A DNA stretch of 59,650 nt, counting the filler. It is 3 parts of 3 records of this genome, joined end to end, with 100 filler letters (N's around TTAATTAATTAA, not from the genome) between each part and the next. Parts side by side here need not be neighbours in the genome. Positions count along the whole stretch, not along the records: positions 13,246 to 37,136 come from SRR20825019_1186; positions 37,237 to 59,650 come from SRR20825019_1187; 1 more part is not named here. One strand, 5' to 3'. Positions 33,781-42,981 of the stretch are shown here, in pieces (position 1 is the stretch's first letter; every line of letters starts with the position of its first letter). The translations under genes and the position numbers were made by a program. The notes under the pieces were generated by a model that made no database searches, was not told the DNA's origin, and worked only from the letters and a program-made list of their open reading frames with translations.

Positions 33781-35652
33781 CTAGTTGAGCTGAAACTTCC
33801 GCATCAGGCCTTCATGGAAAAGCCGTTCCGCATGGTCTGACGGCGTGGGTGTACCCGCAGGGTTGTCCGCATACCAGTCCCGATAGTCTGCAAGCCGGAC
33901 AGGGTTCAGGAATTCCTGGCACTCACGGCCGCGATTGGCAGCCTTGAAGCGCAGAATGTCGTCGAATGTGACACCGGTCACCTCGACCCTTTCCACGAGG
34001 CCGCCATCGTCGAACCCGAGGACGATCCGGTTAAGGTAGGGATATTGCGCTTCCGCCAGAAGCATGGCGGTGCCGCCCGTGTCGGAAACCGGCGCGTAGA
34101 TCCAGCACCCGACATGGGCCCATTGCTGGTGCAGCATACGCAATACGGACTCCCGTGAGCTGGATGCGGCCTGGCCCTTGCGGCCGAAGCGGACGGCGAC
34201 AGGGTCGTTGATGGCCGCCTTGATATCCTGCAGCCGGGCGCCGCTCTTGGCAGCGGAGGCGAAGTCCAGCAGCAGTTTCTTGACGACATCCTGGTTTGCC
34301 GTGCCCGATTCCGTTTTTGTTTCAATCGCGGGTGCCATGGCGAGATCGACCACGGGGGCATCCAGCGCCTGCCAGTCGGCTGCAAGCTCCCCGGAATGTC
34401 CGGCGGCACCGGAATCGGAACAGCCATGCTGGTCCGCTGGCGAGAGGGCCGTCAAAAGGCCGGTTGGCCTGGCCGCGATATAGGTCGCAACGGCCGCATC
34501 GAAGCGGCTGAAATCCTGACGCATGGCAGCGTAGAAGGCGATGCAGGCCCGGCCTGCCTCCCACTGGGCGGTGGCGGCTTCTTCGCTGGCATCGAGCCGT
34601 GAGACCGATTGCGATTGGAGCTTCTCGTGGGCGGCCTGGATACGGGCGCTGGCTGACGGTCCGGCGGCAACGACCCGGCGCATCAGCCAGCCGCTTGTGC
34701 CGGGGGGCAGGGCTCCGGAGGCCGTCAGAATCCGCGCGGGGTTCACGCCATTGGACAAAATGTCGGAAAACAGCAGGGTCGCGGATGTCCGCGCCCGGAT
34801 GCTGATTTGCTGGAATTCAGGGGCGCCGGTGGAAATGCGCACCATTGTGCCGTTTTCCGCCAGCGGAATGTCTTTGTTTATGCGGGAGGTTTCGGTTGCG
34901 TCCGGGGATATCATGACAACCAGCTTCTCGACGGAAATCCCGGTCGGGGAGCCGGTAAGACCTTCTGTCCATTCAAGTAGAGGCATGGAAAATACAGGTC
35001 TGGCAGAGAGGTTCAGGGAACGCGGCGGGACGGCACCACCAGCCAACAGAACCGGGTTTCCGGTAAGGCGCGCGCCGTCATGCAGAGGCAGCGTATCGCC
35101 GTTGGCATTCAGCGTCCGGGGTAGATTGCCTGATGAGTCCTTGTATCCGGCCGTGATCATCAGGGATCGCTCGACCACCACATCGCAGCAGAATTTGTCC
35201 ATTCCGGTTTTCGCGGCTGCGGCAGGTGCGGAGACCGTGATCTCTTCGGAAAGATAGCAATCCTCGAAATGTCCGGCGATGGCCGGACAGGCTACGGGCC
35301 CGCCATTTGGCGCAATGGCAGCCTCGAATGGCCGGGATGTTTCAGACAGGCAGAAGGCGAACAGCGCAGGTCCGCCGATCAGAATAATCGCGATCACGGC
35401 GGCAATTGAGAGTGCCGCCCGCTTTCCCCAGGAAGCGCCCTGAGGCGGGGAGCCAGGTTTTTCCTCGGCGAGTTTGTCCGCCGGATCTTTCGTCGCGGAA
35501 AGTTCGGGTTTTGGTTTTTTCTTGGCGGCGGCCGGCTTCTTCTCCGCGGATGCTTCGGCATCGTTTTTTTCGGGAGTAGGCGTTTCCGGCTGGCTGGCGT
35601 TCGAAGTCTTGTTGAGATCCTTCTTGTCGTCGGGATTGTCGGGTGCCGACAT
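33781..35652 (-). CDS. Hypothetical single-pass membrane protein
   Basis: 623-aa ORF, GGAG SD, charged low-complexity N-terminus, one TM helix, Cys-containing external domain. Confidence 0.7.
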   Translation of the reverse strand: MSAPDNPDDKKDLNKTSNASQPETPTPEKNDAEASAEKKPAAAKKKPKPELSATKDPADKLAEEKPGSPPQGASWGKRAALSIAAVIAIILIGGPALFAFCLSETSRPFEAAIAPNGGPVACPAIAGHFEDCYLSEEITVSAPAAAAKTGMDKFCCDVVVERSLMITAGYKDSSGNLPRTLNANGDTLPLHDGARLTGNPVLLAGGAVPPRSLNLSARPVFSMPLLEWTEGLTGSPTGISVEKLVVMISPDATETSRINKDIPLAENGTMVRISTGAPEFQQISIRARTSATLLFSDILSNGVNPARILTASGALPPGTSGWLMRRVVAAGPSASARIQAAHEKLQSQSVSRLDASEEAATAQWEAGRACIAFYAAMRQDFSRFDAAVATYIAARPTGLLTALSPADQHGCSDSGAAGHSGELAADWQALDAPVVDLAMAPAIETKTESGTANQDVVKKLLLDFASAAKSGARLQDIKAAINDPVAVRFGRKGQAASSSRESVLRMLHQQWAHVGCWIYAPVSDTGGTAMLLAEAQYPYLNRIVLGFDDGGLVERVEVTGVTFDDILRFKAANRGRECQEFLNPVRLADYRDWYADNPAGTPTPSDHAERLFHEGLMRKFQLN

Positions 35653-35877
35653 ATTGAAACTCCACATGCAAAACGCTGATGGAAAAGATATGCGAAAACA
35701 GCGTGAAATACCAACTTGTTGGCATGCTTAGCGGAGGGCGGTCTGTCCTGTCCTTACTCTTTCCGGGTATTCACTTTGTTTAAACGGCCTGTTTGGGCCA
35801 AGGCGCCGCCTATTTCGGGGAATCTCTGACTCTTCGAGATTTCTCCGGGCGGCCGGTAAATGAGTAGCCGTTAAAAA

Positions 35878-35947
35878 AAATCGTACACGATTTAATCGCC
35901 ACCTATTGACTTTGAGGTATGTCGAATCCAAATAGATCGTGCACGAT
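35878..35947 (+). promoter_or_regulatory. Promoter with two related palindromic operators (OhrR/MarR-like)
   Basis: AAATCGT-AC-ACGATTT (35878-35893) and ATCGT-GC-ACGAT (35936-35947) flank TTGACT (35906-35911). Confidence 0.6.
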
Positions 35948-35995
35948 AAAATCGAGAAAGATTTTGAACCTGAACCCTGGAGGAAAACCTCGCGA

Positions 35996-36952
35996 ATGAA
36001 CCGAATAACCCAAACCCCGCATCTTTCCCGCCGTCAGGTGCTGATCGCGGGAGGCCTTTCCGGACTTGGCCTGGCGTTGCTTTCCCAGGCCGCAGCAACA
36101 ACCGCATTTTCAAAGATTGGAGACATCACCATGACCACTTTCACCACAACGGACGGAGTTGAAATCTTCTACAAGGACTGGGGCAAGGGACAGCCGATCG
36201 TGTTCTCCCACGGCTGGCCATTGTCGTCGGACGCCTGGGACGCACAGATGCTCTTCTTCGGCCTGAACGGGTATCGGGTCATCGCCCATGACCGCCGGGG
36301 GCACGGCCGTTCGGCTCAGCCCTGGGACAATAACAACATGGACCGCTATGCCGACGACCTGGCGGAACTGATCGAGCATCTGGATCTGCAGGACGTCATT
36401 CTGGTCGGTCACTCGACCGGTGGTGGTGAGGTCTCGCACTATGTCGGACGGCATGGAAATGACCGCGTGGCAAAAGTCGTGCTGGTTGGCGCGGTGCCGC
36501 CACTGATGCTGAAAACCGCCGATAACCCGAACGGAACGCCGCTTGAGGTATTCGACGGCATCCGCGAGGGGACGGCTTTGAACCGCTCGCAGTTCTTCCA
36601 GGATCTGACAGTGCCCTTCTACGGCTTCAACCGCGACGGGATTGAGGAAGTGCAGGGGTTGCGGGACAGCTTCTGGCTTCAGGGTATGGCCGGCAGCATC
36701 AAGGGCCAGTACGACAGCATCCGGGAATTCTCGGAAGTGGATTACATGGACGACCTGAAAGCGATCCGGCGGCCGACCCTCATCGTGCACGGTAGCGACG
36801 ACCAGATCGTGCCGATCAAGGCTTCAGCACATCTCGCCGCTGAAATCGTGAAGGATGCCGAGCTGAAAATCTATGAAGGCGGCGGGCACGGTCTCGCCCA
36901 GTTGCAGGCGGCACAATTCAACGCCGATGTTCTGGAATTCATCCGCCGCTAG
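35996..36952 (+). CDS. cpo: Non-heme chloroperoxidase/perhydrolase (alpha/beta hydrolase) with a possible Tat leader
   Basis: [38 protein letters not shown]; leader SRRQVL + hydrophobic stretch; alternative start at 36131. Confidence 0.88.
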   Translation: MNRITQTPHLSRRQVLIAGGLSGLGLALLSQAAATTAFSKIGDITMTTFTTTDGVEIFYKDWGKGQPIVFSHGWPLSSDAWDAQMLFFGLNGYRVIAHDRRGHGRSAQPWDNNNMDRYADDLAELIEHLDLQDVILVGHSTGGGEVSHYVGRHGNDRVAKVVLVGAVPPLMLKTADNPNGTPLEVFDGIREGTALNRSQFFQDLTVPFYGFNRDGIEEVQGLRDSFWLQGMAGSIKGQYDSIREFSEVDYMDDLKAIRRPTLIVHGSDDQIVPIKASAHLAAEIVKDAELKIYEGGGHGLAQLQAAQFNADVLEFIRR

Positions 36953-36983
36953 GCCGGGCTGGATCTTACGGAGAGAACAAACA

Positions 36984-37013
36984 AAAAGGGCCGGCGCATG
37001 CGCCGGCCCTTTT
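36984..37013. terminator. Bidirectional intrinsic terminator
   Basis: Perfect palindrome AAAAGGGCCGGCGCA/TGCGCCGGCCCTTTT between convergent genes. Confidence 0.85.
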
Positions 37014-37035
37014 CTCTGTTGTGTTCCGCGTCAGG

Positions 37036-37136
37036 TCAGGCGACGGCCTGGCCTTCCTTCCGGAGATGATCGAGCGCACGGTCGAGGCCGCGCCGGAAGC
37101 ATGCGAACATGTCGTCGATCTGGGTTTCGGTGATGA
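37036..37136 (-). CDS. C-terminal fragment, probably a class III aminotransferase (truncated by contig end)
   Basis: ITETQIDDMFACFRRGLDRALDHLRKEGQAVA* resembles the tail after the PPL motif. Confidence 0.55.
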
Positions 37137-37236
37137 NNNNNNNNNNNNNNNNNNNNNNNNNNNNNNNNNNNNNNNNNNNNTTAATTAATTAANNNNNNNN
37201 NNNNNNNNNNNNNNNNNNNNNNNNNNNNNNNNNNNN
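37137..37236. other. Artificial contig linker
   Basis: 44 N + TTAATTAATTAA + 44 N. Confidence 0.99.
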
Positions 37237-38216
37237 CCTTCCCGCTTGGCATGTTCATAGGCGGCGAGCATCCGCTCGCGCCCGACAAGTGCCGAGACCA
37301 GCATCAGCAGGGTCGATTTCGGCAAATGAAAGTTTGTCAGCAGCATATCCACTGCCTTGAAGCGATAGCCCGGCGTGATGAACAGCCCGGTCTCTCCAGA
37401 GAAAGCCGGGACGGTTCCATCTTCCAGTACCGCGCTTTCCAGAAGGCGCAGGCTCGTGGTGCCGACGGCAACGACACGGCCGCCCGCAGCACGGGCGCGG
37501 TTGATCCGGCGGGCCATTTCCAGCGAGATCTCACCCCATTCGAGGTGCATCTTGTGATCGTCCGTATCCTCGGCCTTTACCGGCATGAAGGTACCGGCAC
37601 CGACATGCAGGGTCAGCTCGGCACGTTCCACACCCGCTGCGTCAATCGCGGCCAGCAACCGGTCGGTGAAATGCAGTCCGGCGGTCGGCGCCGCGACGGC
37701 ACCGTCACGGGCGGCGAACATGGTCTGGTAGGAGGTCGCGTCATCAACCTCTTCCTCGCCGCGCTTTATATAAGGCGGCAGCGGCATCCGGCCGACGCGT
37801 TTCAGGGTCTCGATCAGGGCGGCGCCGGTTTCCGGAAAGCCAAGGATGACTTCGCCGCCATCGCGCTTCTCGCGGACTTCCGCTTCGAGTTCGCCCTCGA
37901 AGAGGATGATGTCACCGACCCGGCAGCGTTTTGCCGGACGCACGAAAGCGGCCCAGGAGCCGTCGGCCTCCGCCTTGTGCAGCGTCGCCTCGATCCGGGC
38001 ATCGCCCCGACGGCCGGTCAGCCGGGCGGGGATCACGCGGGTATTGTTATAGACAAGAATATCGCCCGCCCGCAGCAGGCCCGGCAGATCCGAAACACCC
38101 CGATCCACAAGCCCCGCGCCTGTCAGGTCAAGAAGCCGCGCGCTGTCGCGCGGCTCCGCCGGTTCCGTGGCAATGAAATGTTGCGGCAGTTCGTAGTCGA
38201 ACAGATCGACGTGCAT
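37237..38216 (-). CDS. queA: SAM:tRNA ribosyltransferase-isomerase (3' truncated)
   Basis: [61 protein letters not shown]. Confidence 0.96.
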
Positions 38217-38225
38217 ACGGAAACC

Positions 38226-38801
38226 TTATTGAGTGCTGTCCGCCACGGCCCCGTCCCGCGCGAAACGCTGGGGCAGCAGGGCAATGAAGGCACGGAAGGG
38301 CACCAGCAGGGCCGCCGCCATGGCCAGCTTCGCGCCGTAATCGCCGATCGCCCAGGTCACCCAGGGAAGCCCCGTCGCATAGAAGGCGAGCGAGAAGAAC
38401 AGAGCGGTATCAAGCGCGGAAGAGAGCAGCGAGGAGGCCAGCGGCGCTTTCCACCAGCTCTGCCGGCGCAGACGGTCAAACACCCAGATATCCAGAAGCT
38501 GCGCGGTCAGGAAGGCAGTGCCGGACGCAAGCGCGATACGCTGGTCGGCGAACCAGAGAGACAGCCCGACACCGAGGGCAAAACCGGCATAGACCACCTT
38601 GCGGGCAAAGGCCGGGCCGAAGATGCGGTTCATCAGATCTGTCACGAGAAACGCGATCGGATAGATCAGCGCGCCCCAGGTCAGCCAGTCATTGATCGGA
38701 AAATTGACCGCGATGTTCGAGACGAGCACGACAACGCCCATGGCGCTCATACCCGCGACAAGGCCTGTACGGCTGAACGCGGCAGTTTCGTTGGAGGTCA
38801 T
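38226..38801 (-). CDS. yhhQ: Queuosine precursor transporter (VUT/YhhQ family)
   Basis: LTWGALIYPIAFLVTD, RIALASGTAFLTAQLLDIWVF, DTALFFSLAF, GDYGAK; 9 nt upstream of queA. Confidence 0.9.
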   Translation of the reverse strand: MTSNETAAFSRTGLVAGMSAMGVVVLVSNIAVNFPINDWLTWGALIYPIAFLVTDLMNRIFGPAFARKVVYAGFALGVGLSLWFADQRIALASGTAFLTAQLLDIWVFDRLRRQSWWKAPLASSLLSSALDTALFFSLAFYATGLPWVTWAIGDYGAKLAMAAALLVPFRAFIALLPQRFARDGAVADSTQ

Positions 38802-38882
38802 GGACCATTCCTTTTCTGTTCTGCCGATGCGGGAAGCCACACCGGCACGTTGTTTCCTGCCGGTGTGGGGAGCCTCACCGGC
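38802..38882 (-). promoter_or_regulatory. Twin-hairpin 5' leader of yhhQ-queA (candidate cis-regulatory RNA)
   Basis: Two homologous 24-nt hairpins at 38882-38859 and 38846-38823, each followed by an A-rich tail; the second ends 21 nt before the ATG. Confidence 0.5.
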
Positions 38883-39160
38883 CAAACAGTGCGGCAGCTC
38901 TTAGGTCTTTCATCGCGCTTTGTCGATGTGAAACTGGCCCGGAGACCATCAACGATCCAGAAGGCCTCCGACAAGCGCGCAAAATACTGCAGCGCAACAT
39001 GAACAATACTGCACATTCGCGCTGCCCGCGATGCAATCGCCTGCTGCATAGCAGCTTCCATTTAGATCCATAAAGGAACCAATTTGATGTCAATATCATT
39101 AATTACCGGTCAAAAGGAATTTGTTATGGTGCGTTCATAGCCAATTCAAAGGAGGCCGAC

Positions 39161-39355
39161 ATGCAAACCACCCTGATCCGCACTCCGAGTAACGCCGAAA
39201 TCAATGCTGGCATCGCCAACGGCAAACGCGAGCGCTCAATGGCAGTAAAATCAATGCTTTCGGGAATTTACAATGCTGTCTGGAAGCATTTTGAATGGCG
39301 CGAGAACATGAGCCGCACGGCGATTTCCGCCCGGTGCCCGAACTGCAGTTGCTGA
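39161..39355 (+). CDS. Small protein, RSP_7527-like
   Basis: GGAGG SD; core GKRERSMAVKSML shared with the downstream paralogue. Confidence 0.7.
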   Translation: MQTTLIRTPSNAEINAGIANGKRERSMAVKSMLSGIYNAVWKHFEWRENMSRTAISARCPNCSC

Positions 39356-39542
39356 TGACAGGGCAGGTCAATGCCACCATTCGGCATTTCGCACCTGCAC
39401 CATTTCCAAAATGGCATACCAGCCTTGCTGCATTGCAACATTGAAATGTCAGCGAACCTGACCTAAATTGTCAGTCATTGGGAAACGCAACTAGCCAAGC
39501 AGCGAAGATCAGCGGGCTCGTTTACAAATCAGGAGCACTGTT

Positions 39543-39755
39543 ATGACTGCTAACAAAACCCTCATCGAACGCGAAACCATCGATTTCGCACAGGTTGAAC
39601 GCTACATCGCCGCCGGTCGCGCCGAGCGGTCCAAGGCCGTCCACGAAGCCCTGCGCTCATTCGGCCGTCAGATCGCGTCACTGTTCGACCTGCATGCAGC
39701 GATGCAGAAGAAGATCAGCTTCGAGCCGACCGTCAAGATCGCCCCGAAGCACTAA
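39543..39755 (+). CDS. Small protein, RSP_7527-like
   Basis: AGGAG SD; core VERYIAAGRAERSKAVHEAL; strongly host-like codons. Confidence 0.8.
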   Translation: MTANKTLIERETIDFAQVERYIAAGRAERSKAVHEALRSFGRQIASLFDLHAAMQKKISFEPTVKIAPKH

Positions 39756-39783
39756 ACCAATACTCTCCCCCGAGTTCGAACCC

Positions 39784-39811
39784 GGGAAACCGCCTGATCA
39801 GGCGGTTTCCC
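39784..39811. terminator. Palindrome at convergent gene ends
   Basis: Perfect 28-bp palindrome GGGAAACCGCCTGA/TCAGGCGGTTTCCC overlapping the ligase stop codon. Confidence 0.6.
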
Positions 39812-41345
39812 TGAGTTTGAAACGCTGGATTTTCCCGGTCGCCGTTTTCGGCAGCTCATCCGCATAGATAATCCAGCGCGGATATTTGAAGCTCGCCAGG
39901 TCTTTCTTGACGAAATCCGTCAGGTCCGCCGTCAGCTCGTCCGAGGCGTGCGCGCCCTCTGCCAGCACGACATAGGCCTTCGGCTTCATCAGACCGTCAT
40001 GGTCCGGATGGCCGACCACGGCCGCCTCAAGCACCGCCTGGTGCTTCAGCAGCGCCCCCTCGACTTCGAACGGCGACACATAGATGCCGCCGACCTTCAT
40101 CATGTCGTCATTCCGCCCGCAATAGGTATAGACCCCGTTCTCGTCCGCGACATACTTGTCGCCGGTCCGCGTCCAGGCGCCCCGGAACGTGTCGATGCTT
40201 TTCGCCCGCTGGTTCCAGTACATCACGGCCGATGTCGGCCCGGACACCTCCAGAATGCCCATCTCCCCGGGCTTGCACGGGGCGCCCTTCTCGTCGAGCA
40301 GGCGCAACTCGTAGCCGGGAACCGCTTTTCCGGTTGCCCCCGGAACAATCTCGCCCACCCGGTTGGAGACGAAGATATGCAGCATTTCCGTGCTGCCGAG
40401 GCCGTCCAGAATGTCCGTGCCGGTACGCGCCTTCCAGCGATTCAGCAATTCTTCCGGCAAGGCTTCCCCGGCGGACACACAGAGCCGGATGGCATGCTCT
40501 TCCGCGCCCGGCAGATCCTTTGACGCCAGCAGCATGCCGTACAGCGTCGGCACGCCGAAGAACAGCGTCGGCTTGTGCTCCCGGATGATCTGGCAGACGG
40601 CGGCGGGTGCGGGCGGCCCTTCCAGCAGAATTGCCGTGGCCCCGACCGCGAAAGGGAAAGTCAGCCCGTTGCCGAGCCCATAGGCGAAGAACAGCTTGGC
40701 CGCCGAATAGACGACATCTTCTTCGGAAATATCCAGCACCGGCACGGCGTAGAGATTGGCGCTCTCCATCAGGTGGGAATGCAGATGCACCGCCCCCTTC
40801 GGCATGCCCGTTGTGCCGGACGTGTAGAGCCAGAAACAGAGATCGTCCGGCGTGGTTTCCGCCGGCGCCGTGTCGTCTCCCGGCGCCGCGATGAAATCCG
40901 CGAAGGACTGCCGCCCGGCCACCTCGGCACCGGAGACCACGACATGGCGCGGCTCCGTTGCGACTTCAGAGAGAACGGACTCGATCAGATTATCGGAAAC
41001 GAACAGGGCCTCGGCCCGGCTATCCGCCAGGATATAGGCATAATCCCGTGGCGCGAGCCGGGTGTTGATCGGCACCGGGATCACCCCGGCCCAGATCGCC
41101 CCGAGGAAGGCCGTCGGGAAATCAATCGTGTCATGCAGCGCCAGGATGACGCGCTGCTCCGGCAGTACACCCGCCGCCCGGATGGCGTTCGCGAACCGCT
41201 CGATCCGGTCCGCCAGCTCCTGATAGGTATATGAACCGCGGCTGTCGATGACAGCCTTCTTGCCCCCGCGACCCGCCGTGAGATTCCGGCCGATCAAGTC
41301 TTCTGCCGCGTTATAGAAACGCGCGGCAACGGCGTTCTCCGCCAT
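39798..41345 (-). CDS. Benzoate-CoA ligase family
   Basis: FWLYTSGTTGMPKG, AAKLFFAYGLGN, DGLGSTEMLHIF, PKTATGKIQRF. Confidence 0.93.
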   Translation of the reverse strand: MAENAVAARFYNAAEDLIGRNLTAGRGGKKAVIDSRGSYTYQELADRIERFANAIRAAGVLPEQRVILALHDTIDFPTAFLGAIWAGVIPVPINTRLAPRDYAYILADSRAEALFVSDNLIESVLSEVATEPRHVVVSGAEVAGRQSFADFIAAPGDDTAPAETTPDDLCFWLYTSGTTGMPKGAVHLHSHLMESANLYAVPVLDISEEDVVYSAAKLFFAYGLGNGLTFPFAVGATAILLEGPPAPAAVCQIIREHKPTLFFGVPTLYGMLLASKDLPGAEEHAIRLCVSAGEALPEELLNRWKARTGTDILDGLGSTEMLHIFVSNRVGEIVPGATGKAVPGYELRLLDEKGAPCKPGEMGILEVSGPTSAVMYWNQRAKSIDTFRGAWTRTGDKYVADENGVYTYCGRNDDMMKVGGIYVSPFEVEGALLKHQAVLEAAVVGHPDHDGLMKPKAYVVLAEGAHASDELTADLTDFVKKDLASFKYPRWIIYADELPKTATGKIQRFKLRETA

Positions 41346-41438
41346 ATGTCCCTCCCAGTTTGGCCGCTATGGCCGAAATGACCGGGTGCCGTTTGCCGGC
41401 ACTCCATTCTTGTTTGAAAGAGGCGCCGCGCCCGAGGC

Positions 41439-41903
41439 TCAGGCGGCGGCTTTCGCTTCCAGTGCGCCAAGCCAGCCTTCGATCCACTCGATGGCCTCGT
41501 CTTCGGCGAGCGCGCCGGAATTCGCATCATGGATATGACGCTCGATCACCCGCTCGGCGCCGCATTCCGACAGGATCGCGTCGAACTTCTCGCCGGCGAA
41601 ATTGAAGGTGTCTTCATAAGTTGTATCGCCAAGACCGAAGACCGCGAAGCTGACCCGCGCGAGGTCCGGCTTTCCGGAAACCAGAGCTTCGTAGAATTCG
41701 GTGCCGTTATCGGGGATCTCGCCATAGCCGTAAGTCGCTGTGCAGATGATGACGTGGCCGCCCTCATCGAACACCTCAAGGCCGAATTCCCCCATCAGGG
41801 TCGCTTCCGCCTCATACCCCCGGTCTTCCAGGATGTCGACCATCTCCTGTGCGCAGAGATCTGCCGTACCGCCTTGTGTGGCAACGAGAATTTTTACCTT
41901 CAT
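41439..41903 (-). CDS. Short-chain flavodoxin (MioC-like)
   Basis: ATQGGTA, TATYGYGEIPDN, VFGLGDTTY. Confidence 0.9.
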   Translation of the reverse strand: MKVKILVATQGGTADLCAQEMVDILEDRGYEAEATLMGEFGLEVFDEGGHVIICTATYGYGEIPDNGTEFYEALVSGKPDLARVSFAVFGLGDTTYEDTFNFAGEKFDAILSECGAERVIERHIHDANSGALAEDEAIEWIEGWLGALEAKAAA

Positions 41904-42021
41904 TCCTCGAATACTCCTCTTCGGCCGGGTCCCGGTTTGGTAATATGAGCTAAATCAGACACGCACTATAATTCATGTTATCGTAAGGCGCAAAGAATGA
42001 TAATTCAGGTTCTTCCGGTTT

Positions 42022-42981
42022 ATGGTGAACCGGGACCACAACCGCAAGGAATTGTCGCACGGCCATGAGGCACAGAACGGCATGAGGCAGAGAACGCACA
42101 GCGACGTGCCGCACCAGCGCCGCAATACGCTCGGGATCGAGGATTACCTCACCCGTCTCGGCGACCGGGTGCGCGCGGCACGGGCCCAGCGCGGCATGTC
42201 CCGGAAGATCCTGGCGCGGGATTCTGGTGTGTCCGAGCGCTATCTCGCGCAGCTTGAAAGCGGCCGGGGCAATCCGTCCGTCGCGGTTCTGCATCAGGTT
42301 GCCGACGCCATGGACATGTCAGTGATGGAGCTGGCGGACCCGCATGGCGGCACCGACCCGGCGCTCGCCGAAATTCAGGCGCTGCTGGCCCCGCTCGCCC
42401 CGGCGGAGCTGTCGGAAGCGGCTGAAATTCTGGAGCGGCGCTTTGCCGGAAGCGGCACGCGGGGGCGGCGAATCTCCCTGATCGGCCTGCGCGGCGCCGG
42501 AAAAACCACCCTCGGCAAGGCACTGGCGGACGCGCTCGGCTTTCCCTTCATCGAGCTGAACCGGGAGATCGAGCGGGATTACGGCGCCAGCATCGGCGAG
42601 ATGCTGTCCCTCTCCGGCCAACCCGCCTTCCGGCGTTACGAGAATCGCTGCCTGAACGCTATCCTGAACGAGTATGACGAAGCGGTGATCTCCACTGGCG
42701 GCGGCATTGTCGCCAACGCGGACACCTACACCATGCTGCTCCGCCGTTCGCACACGATCTGGCTGCAGGCCAGTCCGGAAGAGCATATGCAGCGCGTTGT
42801 CGAGCAGGGCGACATGCGCCCGATGGCCCAGAATCGGGAAGCCATGTCCGACCTGCGCGCCATCCTCGAAGCCCGCGCCCCGCTCTATAACCGGGCCGAG
42901 GCGAGCGTCGACACGGCAGGCGAGACGGCGAGCTACAGCCTGACGAAACTGACGGAAACCGCGCGCGAGCTAATCACCTAG
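42022..42981 (+). CDS. BzdR/BoxR-type regulator (XRE HTH + shikimate kinase-like domain)
   Basis: GVSERYLAQLESGRGNPS, LIGLRGAGKTTLG, STGGGIV, EEHMQRVVEQGDMRPM; start codon uncertain. Confidence 0.92.
   Translation: MVNRDHNRKELSHGHEAQNGMRQRTHSDVPHQRRNTLGIEDYLTRLGDRVRAARAQRGMSRKILARDSGVSERYLAQLESGRGNPSVAVLHQVADAMDMSVMELADPHGGTDPALAEIQALLAPLAPAELSEAAEILERRFAGSGTRGRRISLIGLRGAGKTTLGKALADALGFPFIELNREIERDYGASIGEMLSLSGQPAFRRYENRCLNAILNEYDEAVISTGGGIVANADTYTMLLRRSHTIWLQASPEEHMQRVVEQGDMRPMAQNREAMSDLRAILEARAPLYNRAEASVDTAGETASYSLTKLTETARELIT

Noticed and set aside
37251-39002. 583-aa plus-strand ORF, and similar long ORFs at 28842-30551, 44458-45870, 48159-49805 and 58677-59603
   Set aside because: Antisense shadows of well-supported high-GC genes, with no motifs of their own
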